DNA of 64,000 nucleotides from an uncultured Bacteroidia bacterium (lineage in GTDB: Bacteria; Bacteroidota; Bacteroidia; NS11-12g; UBA9320), in the NCBI GenBank assembly GCA_943846675.1, contig OX044357.1, positions 1,408,500-1,472,499 on the forward strand, given 5' to 3'. The position numbers and the translations under genes were made by a program. The notes under the pieces were generated by a model, which saw only the letters and a list, made by a program, of their open reading frames with translations, ran no database searches and was not told the DNA's origin. Every line of letters starts with the position of its first letter. Positions within the stretch are counted from its first letter, which is position 1. This document shows, one piece after another, positions 61,162 to 64,000 of this stretch.

Positions 61162-62268
61162 TTAATCCACAACACTCAAAAGTTGTCCCTTATCCCAATT
61201 TTCTACCCTTGTCTTTTTGTTCTTGTGGTTGTAAACGGTCCATTTACCGTCTTTTAAACCATTGTGAAAACTGCCTTCACTTTTACCAAAAAGACGAGAG
61301 TGTCCAATAATCCAAGGGCCATGCTTTTTACCCGCTTTGTAAGATCCTGAAGACTTAGATCCATCGTTACTCGCATGCTCAATCCACTCACCCGTTTTTA
61401 GCCCATTCGAATAGTTTCCGCGCATATCGATTTTTTGATCTACCCATTTGATGTATTCACCGTCTAGTTTGCCCGCTTTATAGTGCGCTTGTTCAATTTT
61501 GTAACCGACAGGCGATGCATTGACGGGTGGTCTATACTTGATTGAAACACCATCAAGTTTACCCATTACATAAGTTTGCTCAGACAATTTGTTGTGCTTC
61601 GGATCGTAAACGATTTTTTTTCCGTGGATGAAGCCCATGTTGTATTCGGTCTCCTCACCAATAACGCCGCTTGAATGATAGATATACGAAAAACCGTGAC
61701 GAAGACCATTTACATAGTTTACTTCTTTCCGTTTGGTTTCTATTTGTGTGTAACTAACTACGGTTCCGTGTGGCTTTCCATCTTTAAAATTTCCTTCTTG
61801 TTCTTTTTTTCCGTTTGGGAACCAAATGGTTAATGGTCCGTTCTTAACACCGTCGTCATAGTTTACTTTTCGTTTGTTAATGCCACTCTTGTAGTATTCC
61901 GTAAACACGCCATCACGTTTACCATTAACATAGTTGCATACGATTTTGTCGTTACCGTTGTCGTGAAACGAATGATATGACCCATGTCTTATTCCATTTT
62001 GATACTGCACTTTTTGATCTGTGCGGCCATTAATATACCAGCTTTTGAACCAGCCATGTATTTTTCCTTCCTTCCATTCAACACGTTGCCAATTCTTTTT
62101 GTTATCGAATAGCAAAACAGACGTACCCGTATATGGCTTGCCTTGATACAGGTAGATGTCTCCCTTTTTTTCAAGTTTTTCGAAAAAGACCTTACTCTGT
62201 GCAAATACTTGAGTGCCACCCAGAGAACTAAAAACCAAAAGAGAAATCCAAAAAGACTTTAATCGCAT
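61162..62268 (-). CDS. MORN-variant repeat (YwqK-like) exported protein
   Basis: Repeated YxNGxxxG units; signal peptide. Confidence 0.85.
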   Translation of the reverse strand: MRLKSFWISLLVFSSLGGTQVFAQSKVFFEKLEKKGDIYLYQGKPYTGTSVLLFDNKKNWQRVEWKEGKIHGWFKSWYINGRTDQKVQYQNGIRHGSYHSFHDNGNDKIVCNYVNGKRDGVFTEYYKSGINKRKVNYDDGVKNGPLTIWFPNGKKEQEGNFKDGKPHGTVVSYTQIETKRKEVNYVNGLRHGFSYIYHSSGVIGEETEYNMGFIHGKKIVYDPKHNKLSEQTYVMGKLDGVSIKYRPPVNASPVGYKIEQAHYKAGKLDGEYIKWVDQKIDMRGNYSNGLKTGEWIEHASNDGSKSSGSYKAGKKHGPWIIGHSRLFGKSEGSFHNGLKDGKWTVYNHKNKKTRVENWDKGQLLSVVD

Positions 62269-62370
62269 AAGTATATATAATACGGGTTCAAAACTAAAAC
62301 TATTGTATTACTTCAAAAACTGTGCGCAATTGTTACTGTCCTATTTTGTGAATGATTCGAGGTAGAAGGG

Positions 62371-62880
62371 GTGAAGGATTGAGGGATAGGAGGATTGAAG
62401 GATAGAATGTCTGAAGGATAGAATGTCTGAAGGATAGAATGTCTGAAGGATTGAATGTCTGAATGGGTCAATATCAACGTCAGGTTATCCAGTCCTTAGT
62501 CCTGAGTCTTCCGTCTTGAGTCTATTTTCTATATTCCTAATAAACCAACTCCTGAGGCCTAGTGGCTAATTCCTGCTATTAGAATGTCTGAATGTCGGAA
62601 TGTTTGAATGAGTCATTAATCAACGTCAGGTTATCCAGTCCTTAGTCTTGAGTCTTCCGTCTTGAGTCTCTTTTCTATATTCCTAATAAACCAACTCCTG
62701 ATGCCTAGTGGCTAATTCCTGCTGTTAGAATGTCTGAAGGATTGAATGATTGAATGAGTGAAGGTGGAATGAGTGAATGAGTACAATGCATTTTCAACTT
62801 TCAACTTTCAATTATCAATTATCAGCTATTAGCTCTCAACTATCAGCTATCAATTATCAACTATCAATTCTCTTTCAATT
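62371..62880. repeat. composite repeat region: octamer tandems, 120-bp duplication, heptamer tandems
   Basis: (TGAAGGATAGAATGTC)n; near-identical copies at 62473-62592 and 62619-62738; (TATCAAT/TATCAGC)n at about 62791-62868. Confidence 0.9.
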
Positions 62881-62916
62881 TAAATGCGTGTATTTTTGCG
62901 CGTCTTAAAAAACCCT

Positions 62917-63996
62917 ATGCAAATACCTTTTTTAGCGATACAGTCGAACGAGTTAATTTTCTTTTCGATCTTTATCGTTTTCATCTTGTTTGTCTTAATG
63001 CTCGATCTGGGTATTTTTTCAAAAGAGAATAAGGTAGTAACCTTCAAAGAGTCTCTAATCTGGTCTGCTATTTGGGTTGCCTGCGCCTTTGGGTTCTTCT
63101 TTTTTCTTAAGAATTATGGTCACTTCATTCATGGGTTTACCGACCTACAGCAGCTGAAATATATCATTGAGAAATTCGAACATCCGATTGAAATTGAAGG
63201 GCATACATTCGAAACACTTACTGAAGCGTACCGTAACAATCTATCCCTTGAGTTTATTACGGGATATTTTATAGAGTATGCGTTGAGCGTCGATAATATT
63301 TTTGTGATGCTGTTAATCTTTCAAACCTTTGGCGTTAAAGAGCGGTATTACAAGCGTGTATTATTCTGGGGGATTTTGGGTGCACTCGTTATGCGTTTTA
63401 CCTTTATTTTCTTAGGTGCAGCGATCATACAACAGTTTCATTGGGTGCTTTACATCTTTGGTGCATTCTTGATTTATAGTGGTGTTAAAATTTTGATTCA
63501 AGGGGATAAGGAAGAAACCATTGATGAGAAGAACCACCCGGTTGTCAAGCTGGTAAGCAAGATTTTTCCAGTTTTTCCGAGATACGTGGGGCATAATTTC
63601 TTTATCAGAAAAGACAAAAGGACTTGGGCTACGCCTTTGTTTATTGTGTTGATGGTGATTGAAGCGTCAGACTTAATCTTTGCCGTCGACTCGGTTCCAG
63701 CCATTTTTGTAGTAACTAAAGATCCATACGTCGTTTTCTTTTCAAACATCTTTGCGATTATGGGACTGAGGTCGATGTTCTTTTTACTCGCCAATGTGGT
63801 ACACTTATTTAGATTCCTAAAGTACGGGCTTGGGGTATTGTTGACGTTTATTGGCGTCAAAATGCTGTTTCATCATTATATCGTTGAGATTTTAGGCATA
63901 GACAACAAGATGTCTTTGTTAATCATAGGCATAATTTTGGGTGGAAGTATTTTGTTATCTATCGCATTTAAAGACACCTCTTCTGACGTCAGTTGA
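62917..63996 (+). CDS. TerC/Alx family metal homeostasis membrane protein
   Basis: EYALSVDNIFV, SDLIFAVDSVPAI and SNIFAIMGLR motifs; TATTTTTG at 62891 supports the start at 62917. Confidence 0.92.
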   Translation: MQIPFLAIQSNELIFFSIFIVFILFVLMLDLGIFSKENKVVTFKESLIWSAIWVACAFGFFFFLKNYGHFIHGFTDLQQLKYIIEKFEHPIEIEGHTFETLTEAYRNNLSLEFITGYFIEYALSVDNIFVMLLIFQTFGVKERYYKRVLFWGILGALVMRFTFIFLGAAIIQQFHWVLYIFGAFLIYSGVKILIQGDKEETIDEKNHPVVKLVSKIFPVFPRYVGHNFFIRKDKRTWATPLFIVLMVIEASDLIFAVDSVPAIFVVTKDPYVVFFSNIFAIMGLRSMFFLLANVVHLFRFLKYGLGVLLTFIGVKMLFHHYIVEILGIDNKMSLLIIGIILGGSILLSIAFKDTSSDVS

Positions 63997-64000
63997 TAAT

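Noticed and set aside
61162-62268. Toxin-antitoxin module
   Set aside because: The MORN/YwqK-like protein has a signal peptide and no adjacent toxin gene
62371-62880. CRISPR array or yybP-ykoY riboswitch before terC
   Set aside because: The repeats are contiguous tandems or whole-unit duplications with no unique spacers and no cas genes; no riboswitch consensus could be recognised by eye

Overview
Bacteroidota chromosomal window (TAnnTTTG promoters, T9SS cargo, TonB receptors, TamL, long acidic S16). It is mostly housekeeping and envelope genes (suhB-like, trmH-like, tamL, lysA, rimM, rpsP, folE, a TetR/ABC/HlyD/TolC operon, secA, terC-like). The main accessory feature is an AT-rich ~9.7 kb island (34500-44208) integrated at the 3' end of tRNA-Arg(ACG) by a large serine recombinase. 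The att core lies inside the recombinase's own coding sequence, so integration and excision swap its C-terminus. The island carries an uncharacterised operon: helical protein, SPFH/SHOCT protein, 4-TM protein, TPR protein and two Zn-ribbon/LRR/CFI-box-CTERM paralogs. This operon sits directly downstream of a 342-bp XRE-encoding segment bounded by perfect 19-bp inverted repeats, a candidate phase-variation switch. Also notable: a ThiF-nitroreductase (OxzB/Rv1355c-like) gene coupled to a GCS2-CBS ligase, two otherwise intact genes each broken by one in-frame stop, a truncated yfiT, an IS6 remnant with a MITE-like unit, and a repeat-rich spacer before terC. All family calls come from motif recognition; no database searches were run.
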